Positions 9,113 to 19,474 are shown, counted from the first letter of the stretch. The stretch is 50,351 nucleotides of DNA from Candidatus Heimdallarchaeota archaeon (GCA_019058275.1 JAHLVW010000105.1:1-50351); one strand, 5' to 3'. The notes: generated from the sequence alone by a model not told the origin. Program-made: numbers and translations.

Positions 9113-9140
9113 TAATGTTGACATTAGCGATAAATCGCTA
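9113..9140. promoter_or_regulatory. Tandem palindromes upstream of the ribophorin I gene (candidate regulator sites)
   Basis: TAATGT-TG-ACATTA (9113-9126) and TAGCGAT-AA-ATCGCTA (9125-9140), 20-50 nt before the start codon. Confidence 0.3.
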
Positions 9141-9308
9141 TTTTTATCTTTTTATGTCTCTTTGTTTCTTTTGTTTCAAGTTTATGCCATTAAAACCTTT
9201 TTGGTGATGTGGAATTTTCTAAAATCAAGTCTTCGAATAAAAAACATATGAGCTGGAAAAACACTACAAAGAATGAAAATTAAAGAAAGAAAGGAAATGG
9301 AAGAGAAA

Positions 9309-9824
9309 TCATCCAGCGAATCGTCGAATGAGATTTTGTCTCTTGGAAAACTTTGATTTTGCTGCAATGGTTCTCTTATAAGCATCTAAACATTTTGAAT
9401 TTGATAGGGATGAAGTTTTTTGTGCCATACCTTTCAGAAGTTTAGTCATTTTGACTATGTTAGGAACTAAGTTGGATATTTTGGCATTTCTTTCCAAAAC
9501 AACTGCAAAGATTTTATCAGTTCCTATTTTTGAAACACCAACGAGAATATCTTCAGGAGCAATAAATTGAACATTTGCTTCTGGTGGTAAGATATAATCG
9601 ATTTGATTACCAACTAATCCTAAGAGAGATCTAAAAGCAGTAAGGCCCATGTCACCATTTGTATCTTTGGAACTTGTAAACAGTGTATTCCCAAATATAT
9701 TATAAATACCAATTCCTAGAACACCGTCATTAAGACCCATAAATTGCCCTAGGTTCGAGCTTAGATCAGATTCACCGGTAATACTATCTAGCTCTTTGTC
9801 TAAACTTTCCAATAGTTTGTTCAC
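9309..9824 (-). CDS. Roadblock/LC7 (profilin-like fold) domain protein
   Basis: Helix, then GVLGIGIYNIFGNTLFTS beta-hairpin, helix, three strands (QFIAPEDILVGVSKIGTDKIFAVVL) and a helix; typical roadblock topology. Confidence 0.55.
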   Translation of the reverse strand: MNKLLESLDKELDSITGESDLSSNLGQFMGLNDGVLGIGIYNIFGNTLFTSSKDTNGDMGLTAFRSLLGLVGNQIDYILPPEANVQFIAPEDILVGVSKIGTDKIFAVVLERNAKISNLVPNIVKMTKLLKGMAQKTSSLSNSKCLDAYKRTIAAKSKFSKRQNLIRRFAG

Positions 9825-10082
9825 CTCAGCAATCTCCGAACTAATTATTTGCCAATTACTAGTTTGGATTAGAGACCTTTTAATTAACTGAATATACCAA
9901 CACTATCTAGGTATTACCTCAAAGACCTTGCAACAGTTTATTGGTAAGTGTAAATTATCATTAAAAATCTTCTGGGGATAGTATTTTTCGCTAAATTTTG
10001 CGATTTTAACATTAAATATGATGCGAAAGCCTTTTTTCATTTTGAAAGATAGTATAGATGATAATAATAGTAGGGGATAAGA

Positions 10083-11748
10083 ATGAATAAAAGAAAAGTA
10101 TTCCTCATTTTATTCTGTTTAATGATAATTATTCCAATATGTACTACTGATAAAGCTAGATCGGATTCCATAAAATAAATTGACAATATCACAAAGACTT
10201 TGGATAATAAGGGTATTTGGATTTATGATATTACAGGAGGAAGTGGAATAATTTTAGATGGTGATTTAACTGATTGGGAAGTTGAAGGTGTTCCTCATGA
10301 CATATTCAATGGTGTTGATGTTTATTTAGCATATGATGCTTCTACAATTTATGTGGCTGCACAGTGATCAGATATGACAGAAAATAATACTGTAAGTCAT
10401 TGGAATAAGACTGAAATGTTAAATTCAACGCATGCAAACTGGGGGCAATTTGGAGGAGAAGATGATGTGTTAAATGTCGGATTCTCAGATGGAACTGAAA
10501 CTGATCTCTGGGTTTGAACAAATTCAATTAGAACTGGTCCATCTGAATATGAAATGGACTTGTTAGGTAATCCTGATGGAGGGGATAAACCCTTTATTAG
10601 AAACATTGATGGTTCAGGGTACAATGCCAATACTTGATAACACAACTCCACCCATTACCAACCATTTAGTTTTGCTGCTTGGTACAATCTATGTTGGTTG
10701 GTTTTTGAATCCACCATCAAGTAGTCAGACAGATGTAACCATAGCAAGTGACTTTAATACAACTGAAACATTTAACTATACTGTTGAATTCTCAAGACCA
10801 TTAAATACAGGTTTTGCTGATGATATCGTTCTAGATTTTTCCAATTTAGAAGATCTTTCATTTTTTGTTGGTGCAGTAAATAGTGATGACGCAGAAGATA
10901 TTATTATTGGTGTTGAAGAGTTTTCATTAGCATCAGGAAATGATCCTATGGAATTTTCTTGGAATTCATTTACGAATCCAGTAACTAGTGCAATCGTGGT
11001 AACAGGAACCTGCTATGATGATTATGTAAATTTTGATTTCAGAATAAGATTATCTGGATGGGAAAACTCCTATGATCTTGATTATGGGTATGAATTCTGG
11101 GATAACCCTGACGTGAATCAATTTACTGGCGATTGAGGTTATCTTCTGCAATTTAATGATAGAGATATGCCACTTGGTGATCATAACATTACTATTGTTT
11201 TTGACCCAAAGTATGAAGCGCCATTCATTCAATATCAAAACATTTCTATTGATGACTTTTTAGCACCACTAATTCTTGGTATAGTCGATATGAATGAAAG
11301 ATAACCAACTGGTGTACCTAATGACACTGATTATGTTACAGTAACAGTTGGTGTTTACGATAACTATGATGCTTTAGATGACCTAACAGTTCAATTGTAC
11401 TACTACAAGGATGATGACATTGCTATAATACTCCCAATGACACAATTCGCATCTGGTGGAACAACCTTCCTTGCAAACATCACATTAACTGGTACATACG
11501 ATATAAATGCAGCAAATAACTTCACATACTTTGTACAAACATTTGATACAAGCAATAACAAGGAACAATCAGATTATTACTGGTTTATAATTGGTGAATC
11601 TTCAGAACCAAGCTCTACGCCCACCGATACTACAGAAATACCAACAATAACAGTTGGTTATCAATTCATTAGTGTAATATCCTTAGGATTAGTTATATTT
11701 TCAATGTTAGCTTTCATTTCTTTCAAAAGAATTAGAAAGAATAAATAA
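10083..11748 (+). pseudogene. Degraded secreted, C-terminally anchored surface protein with DOMON/EB_dh-like domain
   Basis: One reading frame can be rebuilt through stops TAA 10176, TGA 10365, TGA 10515, a frameshift near 10618, TGA 11134 and TAA 11302. It has a signal peptide, LDGDLTDW, IYVAAQ(W)SD, DLWV(W), YTVEFSRPLNTG..DD, a Thr/Pro linker, a TM helix and a basic tail. Confidence 0.8.
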
Positions 11749-11833
11749 GATTTTCTCATTTTTTTTTCTATTTTGTTTAGTCTGAACACATAAATCTGTT
11801 TAGGGTTTATTGGTTATACATGAGATTAGAAAA

Positions 11834-12409
11834 TTATTTTATTATTATTAGTTGGGATCGTGTTTTTAACCTCCCAAAATTATTTATGTAATGATAAGTA
11901 ATCTCAATTTCATTTCTATTGTAGATAGATAAAATCATTACACCAGTATTTACTGTCCAAGAAGATCCACCTGAAGCACCTGTAGATGTTCCAGGATTAA
12001 GAAGAATATGTTCATTATCAATATGAAACAGAATTAAATGAGAATGACCAGTAAATAAAATTCTAACATTCTTTTCTTTGGCAACTTCTTTCAATTGCTT
12101 AATATCTCCTCGTGGATGAATACCAGTTCCATGAAAAACTCCAAACCGTATCCCAGAAACATCAAAAGTCGGGTATACAGGTAAAGGAATTAGATCCATA
12201 TTTCCACGACAAACAATCAGATTTTCAGGTTTTATAACATGCTCTTTGAAATAATGAAGAACATTTGGTTGTGTTAAATCACCTGTTAAAACAATATAAT
12301 CCCATTTTTTACTCCTTAAAATCTCATCAAATTTAGGATGAAACATAGATGCTCTTGATGGAATATGCAAATCTCCTGCAATGAAAATAGCTATTGTTTT
12401 ATTAGTCAT
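11834..12409 (-). CDS. Vps29/MJ0936-family metallophosphoesterase
   Basis: GDLHIPSR, TGDL, RGNMD, FHG...PRGD, GHSH, NPGTSTGA. Confidence 0.88.
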   Translation of the reverse strand: MTNKTIAIFIAGDLHIPSRASMFHPKFDEILRSKKWDYIVLTGDLTQPNVLHYFKEHVIKPENLIVCRGNMDLIPLPVYPTFDVSGIRFGVFHGTGIHPRGDIKQLKEVAKEKNVRILFTGHSHLILFHIDNEHILLNPGTSTGASGGSSWTVNTGVMILSIYNRNEIEITYHYINNFGRLKTRSQLIIIK

Positions 12410-12434
12410 CTGAGATCACTTGAAGAGGTTAAAA

Positions 12435-12510
12435 TGGTAGGCCCGGGAGGATTCGAACCTCCGTCTACAATTCCAAAGACTGTAAGAATTGACCACTATC
12501 CTACGGGCCT
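12435..12510 (-). tRNA. tRNA-Gln(TTG), intronless, CCA encoded
   Basis: AGGCCCG/CGGGCCT acceptor + ACCA; anticodon arm ACAGT-CTTTGGA-ATTGT; T arm GGAGG-TTCGAAT-CCTCC. Confidence 0.95.
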
Positions 12511-12588
12511 AAAAATACTTCTAGGCAAAAAAAGACTCTTGGATCCTTTTTAAAAGGATTTCTTTTGGTTTAGTTTAGAAATTCTTCT

Positions 12589-13887
12589 CTAATCCAAGCC
12601 TTTACTGATTCCAAGTTCATCCCAGAATTCTGATGTTTTCTCTTTTTGTATTATTTTCTCTGGAGTTTCTTTCCGTTCTTTTGTAGTTTCTTTCAATTTT
12701 CTTCGCAAGTCTCTTAGATTTGGTTTTGTATCTTTCCTCAACCAATTCTCTTTTTCTCTCTGTGGTCTAATTTGTCCTATTGTACTTTGACCAGCGACAA
12801 CATCATATGGAGGTGTTAAATATGTTGCTGGTCTTTTATGCATACTCATTATTTGCTCGCTTTCAACTCCAGAGATAACGATTATTATTCGAAGAACATC
12901 ACCCAATTCATGGTCTACTTTTGTTCCCCAGATTACTTCTGCATCAGGTTGAATCTTTTCTCGTATTATCTCCACAACACTACTTGCTTCCTTCAAAGAC
13001 ATTGTAGATCCACCTGTTACATGTATTAGTGCAGCGTTTCCCAAGTTGTAGTTGATATTCACCAATGGGTTCTCGAGTGCTTTTTGGACTGCTTTTACTG
13101 CTCTATCTTCACCCTGTGCTTCGCCTACTCCACAAACAGTTACACCACCTTTGGCTATAATTGACTTAAGATCTGCAAAATCAACATTGATTAAACCGGG
13201 TTGTGAAACTGTTGAGATAATTGAATAAATATAGTTAGCAAGAACTTCATCTGCTACGCTAAATGCTTCTTCTATTGGTAAGTCTGGAACAAGCTCCAAA
13301 AGCATATCATTTTCAATTATCACAACTGTATCAGAATTCTTCTGCAAAGTATCTAGACCTGTAAAAGCCTTTTCTTTTCGAGACCCTTCAATACTAAAAG
13401 GAATTGTTACCACACTAATTACAATTGCTCCGGCATTCTTTGCAATTTCAGCAATGATAGGCATTGCTCCTGTACCTGTTCCCCCGCCTAAGCCACAGGT
13501 TAAGAAAATAATATCTGCATCCGAGATGGTTCTTTGTATGTCAGAATAAGATTCTTCGGCTGCTGCCTTGCCTAACTCTGGTTTTCCTCCACTGCCTAAC
13601 CCACGAGTAGTTTTCTTTCCAATTAGCAAGGTTGAGTCACATTTTACTGATTCTAAATGTTGAAGGTCTGTATTTATACAAATGCAGAAAGCGTCTTTAA
13701 TTCCTGTTGACATTAGTCTGTTTATGGTGTTATTTCCCCCACCACCAACACCGATAACATAGCAGTTTGTTTTTCCGAGTGGTTTCTTTACTGGTTTGTG
13801 CATTGGTTTTCTTTGTTGTTTGCTTACGTAATCTCTTAATGCTGATTTTTCATTAGCATACTTATTGTTTAATACAGATCTTTCCAA
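12589..13887 (-). CDS. ftsZ: Cell division GTPase FtsZ
   Basis: GVGGGGNN, NTDLQHL, GLGGGTGTG signature, PFSIEG, T7 loop GLINVDFAD. Confidence 0.97.
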   Translation of the reverse strand: MERSVLNNKYANEKSALRDYVSKQQRKPMHKPVKKPLGKTNCYVIGVGGGGNNTINRLMSTGIKDAFCICINTDLQHLESVKCDSTLLIGKKTTRGLGSGGKPELGKAAAEESYSDIQRTISDADIIFLTCGLGGGTGTGAMPIIAEIAKNAGAIVISVVTIPFSIEGSRKEKAFTGLDTLQKNSDTVVIIENDMLLELVPDLPIEEAFSVADEVLANYIYSIISTVSQPGLINVDFADLKSIIAKGGVTVCGVGEAQGEDRAVKAVQKALENPLVNINYNLGNAALIHVTGGSTMSLKEASSVVEIIREKIQPDAEVIWGTKVDHELGDVLRIIIVISGVESEQIMSMHKRPATYLTPPYDVVAGQSTIGQIRPQREKENWLRKDTKPNLRDLRRKLKETTKERKETPEKIIQKEKTSEFWDELGISKGLD

Positions 13888-14080
13888 AGCGGTAGCACCA
13901 TTTCTCTAATTTTTTATTTATAGCTATTCTTTTTGGACTATTTGTGGATATGATCATAACAATTTTTTCGAACTAATCTTCCACTTACAATAAATATCAG
14001 TTTTTTAAATTCAAAAGTCAATGTGTTATCCTTGTTATATCTTGGTAATACATTAGTAAGAAAAGAAATGTGAAGAAAAA

Positions 14081-16108
14081 TCACATTCTATTTGGAGATT
14101 TTATTCCAAGAAGTTCTAAACCACTTTTAAGAACTAATCCAGTTACATAAGTAAGAGCAAGACGTGCAGTTATCAATTCTTTAGATGAAGCATCCAATAC
14201 TCGGTGATTATCATAGAATTTATTGAATAATGTAGCTATATCAAAAAGATAATTGCAAATTAACTCTGGTTTTATTTGCTCAGCTGCTGTATGAACTATA
14301 CCAGATAAATTAGTTAATGCTAAAATCAGTAACCACTCTTCCTCTTCTTGTAAGGTCATTAGTGAATTGGAATTTTCTTTTTTCCATTTGAAATCAGTTT
14401 TTACTAAAATGTTTTGTGAACGAGCATAGGCATATTGGATAAATGGAGAGGTATTATTAGTTAATGAAACCACTTCTTGAGGATCGAAGATTAATTGCTT
14501 CATTAGTCCAACTGCTATTATAGAATATTTAATGGCTCCAACTGCTACAATCTTTGCTATTTCCTCTTTTTCTTTTAAAGGATAATCGCGATCTTTCAAG
14601 AATGAATCCAAAACAGCTTGTTTTGTTAATTCAAATAATTCCAAAGGAGTTATATATTGTAGTCTTCGAGCACTCATTCTAATAAGCGCTCCCCGTAGTT
14701 CAATGTATTCATAATTTAGATGCCAAGTTTTGTCTGCAACATCTGATCTACCAACAGCTCGTAAAGCTAGATTTAGTTGTTTTTGAGTGAGTTCTTGAGG
14801 TTTACCAATTACATTGAAAACTTTGTCTGCTTTAAAAACATCAATTTTATCAAGAGAATAGGCAATATCCCTTAATAAATAGAGAGTATCACCCGCTGAA
14901 GTTATTAAAAGTGCATTTGGGACTTCGTAAGATTTCTTAAGCTTCAAATAATCACGAGCACCCTTTAAATCAGCTGCTTTATTAGCATCAAAGATTCTTG
15001 CTTTATTATCTTCGATAATGAAACCATTTTCGTTCAATTTACTAAGTGCTGTAGAAACTTTTCCAGCCCATTGCAGATCTGATTCCCAGTCGTATTGGTC
15101 ATGAGTTATTCCCAATAAAGAAAGCTCCTCTCGTTGACCGTTTAAAACATCCCCACAAGTAGCTCGAACAATTTTCACGGCCTCTTTTTCTTGCTCCATA
15201 TATCTTCTATTCAAATCAAGAACAGCTACTGGTAAATCAATCTGTTCTTTCTCGAGGCATTTTTTCAAAGATTCATATTGATTTTTGAATCTCTTATAGA
15301 CATTATTCTGAACATCAACAAGGAATTTGAACTGTTTCTTAAACTCTTTATACTCTTCTTCTGGAATCTTAGCTTTAGCAATTTTTGATACTAGTGTTTT
15401 TTCATCCTCTTCATTAAGCCAAAATTGATCCTTTCCCAAAGAAACATCGTATTTTTCTAATTCTTGCTTTAGTTTTTGGATATCATACATTGTATGAGTT
15501 ATTCCATAAATTTGCCCAATGAAATGATCCTTCTTAATTTTTGTAGAGACCTTATTGTATTTCTTTAACAATTCGTAACCAATAACTGCAACAGGTACCT
15601 GGTGACCAAGATCATCAACATAGAAGTGAGTTATAACATCAGCTCCAACTACTTTCAAAATCCTTGCATAAGTATCACCGATTATTGAACCTCGAAAATT
15701 CCCAATATGAATTGGTCCATTTGGATTTGCAGATGTATGTTCGACAATAATTTTCATATTTTTGTAGATGTTATTGTAAAAGAATTTCTTGTTGGATAGA
15801 ATAAAGTCTAAAAATAATTTTGAACATTGAGCTCGATTTAATGAATAATTAACAAATCCACCTTCTGAAGAAACATTTTTGATAAGTTCATTTTCTGGAA
15901 AATTATCAGCAATCTCCTTTGCTAATTCATTAGGATTTCTTTTGTTAGCTTTACCAAGTTGAAAGACTGGAGTGCATAAATCACCAAAGCTTGATTTCTT
16001 AGATGTCTCTTTGACAAGCACTTTACCTTTTATATTGAGTTTCTTCAAAATCTCTTTTAAACTAAGGAGTATTTTGTCTTCAATGAAAGCTTTGGGATTT
16101 TTTGCCAA
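14081..16108 (-). CDS. argS: Arginine--tRNA ligase
   Basis: EHTSANPNGPIHIGN, YLLRDIAY, MSARR, PFIQYAYAR, C-terminal PNRM. Confidence 0.96.
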   Translation of the reverse strand: MAKNPKAFIEDKILLSLKEILKKLNIKGKVLVKETSKKSSFGDLCTPVFQLGKANKRNPNELAKEIADNFPENELIKNVSSEGGFVNYSLNRAQCSKLFLDFILSNKKFFYNNIYKNMKIIVEHTSANPNGPIHIGNFRGSIIGDTYARILKVVGADVITHFYVDDLGHQVPVAVIGYELLKKYNKVSTKIKKDHFIGQIYGITHTMYDIQKLKQELEKYDVSLGKDQFWLNEEDEKTLVSKIAKAKIPEEEYKEFKKQFKFLVDVQNNVYKRFKNQYESLKKCLEKEQIDLPVAVLDLNRRYMEQEKEAVKIVRATCGDVLNGQREELSLLGITHDQYDWESDLQWAGKVSTALSKLNENGFIIEDNKARIFDANKAADLKGARDYLKLKKSYEVPNALLITSAGDTLYLLRDIAYSLDKIDVFKADKVFNVIGKPQELTQKQLNLALRAVGRSDVADKTWHLNYEYIELRGALIRMSARRLQYITPLELFELTKQAVLDSFLKDRDYPLKEKEEIAKIVAVGAIKYSIIAVGLMKQLIFDPQEVVSLTNNTSPFIQYAYARSQNILVKTDFKWKKENSNSLMTLQEEEEWLLILALTNLSGIVHTAAEQIKPELICNYLFDIATLFNKFYDNHRVLDASSKELITARLALTYVTGLVLKSGLELLGIKSPNRM

Positions 16109-16231
16109 ATTAATTTCACCGCTTAATTGATAAGCATATTATTTCTTTTAAGAACATTACGTAAATAAACGATTTATTAAGTAAGTAGCTTAAGCAAAGA
16201 TTGAGAATAAGAATTGATGAAGTTTTTCAAT

Positions 16232-17470
16232 TTACTTGCTAGTTAAATTAATAATAGAAACATAAAGTTTAGACCATGATTCTTTAGAGCCAGTCGCTAA
16301 AGACATTCTAATAAAAATCCTAACTTCTTCTCCTTTAAAATTGATACTGCTGAACTCCTCTTCATAAAATGGTTCTTTTGATAACATGAATTTTGGGAGA
16401 CTGAGAAATAATTCTTTATTTTTCATAATAAATTCAACATCAATAAACATAGGTATATCTTCTCTTGATTCCGCACCCATTAACTCAAAGGCAACTTTAT
16501 TCATTTCATCAATTTTAATTGCCTTTGTAATCTTTGTCAATGACACTAGATTATCTTCTAAGTATTTTATTACATCATTTACCCCTGAATTTACTAGATC
16601 TTCGATTTGTGTTTTCATTTCAAACAAATTTAGATGAAATAATGCTATTGGTGATTCTTCGAACAGTAATCTGTATCTAAGTTCATTCTCTTTGAGTGAT
16701 TCTATTGCTTGTGTAAGCTCAGAAATGTCTCGAGATACAGATAAAACACATAATTCACCTTCTATATCAATTAGAGTTGCAGATATTAAGACAGGGATTT
16801 ATCTTGCATCTTTAATTAATAAAATGGTTTCAAAGTCATTCACTTCCCCCGTTTCAAGAACTTGTTTTTTATAATGTTCATAATTTTCCTTCTTTGCCCA
16901 AAGCATTAGTTCATAAGAAGTTTTGCCAATGACTTCATCTCGAGAGTAATTTAACATTTGTAAGAAATTGTCATTTACATCTAAGAATTCTGTATCACTT
17001 CTTCTATTTATTGCTATACTATTGAAACTATATTGAAATGCTTTGAAAAATTTCTCTTCACTTTTTCTTAAAGCAATTTCAGCTTTTTTCTTATCTATTG
17101 ATTTGTTTATCAGGTTAATTAGCTCATGAAAATGACTTTGCACATCTCCCCCTTTTTGTAAGTAGTAATCTGCTCCTAAATTTAAAGCTTGAATTACTAC
17201 CTCTTCTCTTCCTCGACCTGTAAAAATAATAAAAGGTATATCATATCCCAACTCATGTATTCTTTCTAAAAAAGCTAATCCGTTAATTTCAGCCATTTGA
17301 TAATCTGAAATTATAACATCAATAGGTTCCTTTTCTAATAAATCCAAAGCATCATTCGCACAAGTAGCTGTATAAATATGAAAATTCTTTTCGATGTTCT
17401 CTAAATATATCTTTGATGATTCAAGTAGATCTTGTTCATCATCAACTAACAATACTCTAATTGTTTGCAA
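16232..17470 (-). pseudogene. Response regulator REC-PAS-PAS protein interrupted by one in-frame TAA
   Basis: LLVDDE, SDYQM, FTGRG, QKGG (REC); the TAA at 16801-16799 is followed in frame by IPVLISATLIDIEGELCVLSVSRDISE (PAC) and RYRLLFEESPI, joining ORF 16232-16627. Confidence 0.8.
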
Positions 17471-17652
17471 AATTTAAACACTCTATTTTGAAATGGCTTC
17501 TAATTGAGTTTCAACAATTCTAACAAAGTATAGCTTATGTAATGCAACACTTGTGAATTCACTATTTCTTTTTCATAACTCTAACTAAACAATGTTTATA
17601 CTGTTTTTTGAATCTTATTAATTATAATGCAAATTAAAAAGCCATCTTTTTC

Positions 17653-18660
17653 TTAATTTCTAATCAACTTTTTTTCAAAATCAGCAAGATTCGGAGGAAC
17701 TCCATTTGCTTTCTCAATTTTTGAAAATTCGAGTGCAGTTGTTCCCATCATAAATTCTCTATTTGATTCATGTGTTTTTAGGAAGATGAATCTACCGTTA
17801 GGTATTTTTTTTGTCATTATAGGATAATTTCTCTGATCATGAACTTTATCAGTTGTTCCATTTACTACAAAAACCTCTTCTTGTATTTGATGGAGTTTTC
17901 CCAATACTTCAAAATCCTTTGATGCTAAAGCAGCTTTACGCCACTTCCAGGGAACAGCTGCAGCAATTAATGTTTCAAGTCTTTGACGTTGCACCTTTTC
18001 TTTCATGCCACGCAAAGCGAAGAATTTCAAAATAGGTCTCAAAATGTAAAATGTAAATGTAGGTAAAAATCGTATAAGATACTTGATTATGAAATTATTA
18101 TACCAGAAATAATGCATTGGATCAAAAACAATCAATGTTGGAGCCTTAATTGTTTTTTCCAATAAACCTTGCAAAATTATTGATCCACCCCAACAAGCAC
18201 CTAATAATACAAAATCATTTGAAGCTAAATCTAAATAATCTATAACTCTTTGAACATCTTTTGCTTTCTGACTAATCGACATATCAGCTTTGAATCTTTG
18301 TAGTTTACTAGTTTCCTTCTCTCTTGTTTCAACATAGAAAAATTCAAGTCTATTATGTACTATTTTATAAAAATCTTGAAAAGTTACTGGGGTGCTTCCC
18401 CATCCTGAAACGAAAACTACTGGTCTTTTACTTATTGGTTTATCGGGTTTTATATGAAGCACTCTTATTGTTCCATTATCAACAGAAACGTCAATTGGGA
18501 TTATGTTTTTATTATTCTCATGCCAAGGATAAGGAACTTCTTGTTTTAATGAGGTTATTATCTCTTCTACTTTATTTTGAAGTTCTTCAGACATTTCAAG
18601 CTCAGGAACAATTTCGTCAAAATTATCTTTCTTTTTAACCAAATAAACCACACTCAACAA
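17653..18660 (-). CDS. Alpha/beta hydrolase fold protein (Cys at the nucleophile elbow)
   Basis: VVFVSGWG oxyanion loop, LLGACWGG elbow, VNGTTDKVH. Confidence 0.75.
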   Translation of the reverse strand: MLSVVYLVKKKDNFDEIVPELEMSEELQNKVEEIITSLKQEVPYPWHENNKNIIPIDVSVDNGTIRVLHIKPDKPISKRPVVFVSGWGSTPVTFQDFYKIVHNRLEFFYVETREKETSKLQRFKADMSISQKAKDVQRVIDYLDLASNDFVLLGACWGGSIILQGLLEKTIKAPTLIVFDPMHYFWYNNFIIKYLIRFLPTFTFYILRPILKFFALRGMKEKVQRQRLETLIAAAVPWKWRKAALASKDFEVLGKLHQIQEEVFVVNGTTDKVHDQRNYPIMTKKIPNGRFIFLKTHESNREFMMGTTALEFSKIEKANGVPPNLADFEKKLIRN

Positions 18661-18784
18661 GTCTTATTTCCAATCATAGTTGCCAAACCTTAGATTTCTT
18701 ACAAATACTACCTTTTTAATTTTCCTTCACTCGTTCTTTTAGATAAAATTAACATATTACTACTGAATTAACAATATAGAGAGT

Positions 18785-19474
18785 ATGAATATAATGGTAA
18801 ATTATGATATTCTTGCTTATTACATAGGTTCGAACATTCTTGTATATATGTTGATTCATATTCCTTTAGATTTGATTACTTACAGAAGAAAAACAGAAGG
18901 ATACAAGGAAGATGCTAAGGATTATCCAGCATGGGAGGATCAGAATTTTACAAAAATAATAACAGTCATAACTAGTTTAGTTTTTTGGGTTTTTGTAATT
19001 TTTTGGCCAATATTGCATATATTTGATATAGATGATTTCATTCTCTTCTTTAATTTCGCAATACTATATGTAGATGAAGTTTTCCAAATAATCGGTTTAG
19101 TTTTAGTTGGACTTGGTACCTTTATTGCATCCATTGGTAGAATATCTCGAAGTACAAAAGCTATCTCTTGGGGAGTTCCAAAAGAGCTTACAAAAAAATG
19201 GGGATTTAGAATTGTACGACACCCACTTTATGCATCATATTGTTACTATTTTATAGGTATACCATTAGCTATGCTAAATTATCTCCTTATACCATTAATC
19301 TTAGGGATTTTTGGATATTATTTAACAGCTGTTTATGAGGAGAAAATACTTGTTCGAGAATTTGGTGAAGAATATATTGAATACCAAAAAAAAGTTGGTA
19401 TGCTAGTTCCATTCATTGGAAGACGTAAAGCAGTAACACCAAAAGAGATAAATGGCGGATCTGGCCGGATTTGA
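18785..19474 (+). CDS. Isoprenylcysteine carboxyl methyltransferase/PEMT family membrane protein
   Basis: Multiple TMs; FRIVRHPLY; EEKILVREFGEEYIEYQKKV. Confidence 0.85.
   Translation: MNIMVNYDILAYYIGSNILVYMLIHIPLDLITYRRKTEGYKEDAKDYPAWEDQNFTKIITVITSLVFWVFVIFWPILHIFDIDDFILFFNFAILYVDEVFQIIGLVLVGLGTFIASIGRISRSTKAISWGVPKELTKKWGFRIVRHPLYASYCYYFIGIPLAMLNYLLIPLILGIFGYYLTAVYEEKILVREFGEEYIEYQKKVGMLVPFIGRRKAVTPKEINGGSGRI

Noticed and set aside
9182-9385. 67-aa ORF overlapping the roadblock-like gene
   Set aside because: Overlaps the upstream gene by 77 nt, is compositionally low-complexity and has no recognisable motif
10083-11748. Genome-wide UGA=Trp recoding
   Set aside because: argS and ileS end at TGA at their natural C-termini, TGG is used throughout, and the same pseudogene also has TAA stops and a frameshift
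12365-12553. 62-aa ORF on +
   Set aside because: Antisense to tRNA-Gln and the phosphoesterase start
16110-16230. attL/attR copy of the tRNA-Arg 3' end marking an integrated element
   Set aside because: No duplicated tRNA fragment and no integrase found between argS and tRNA-Arg
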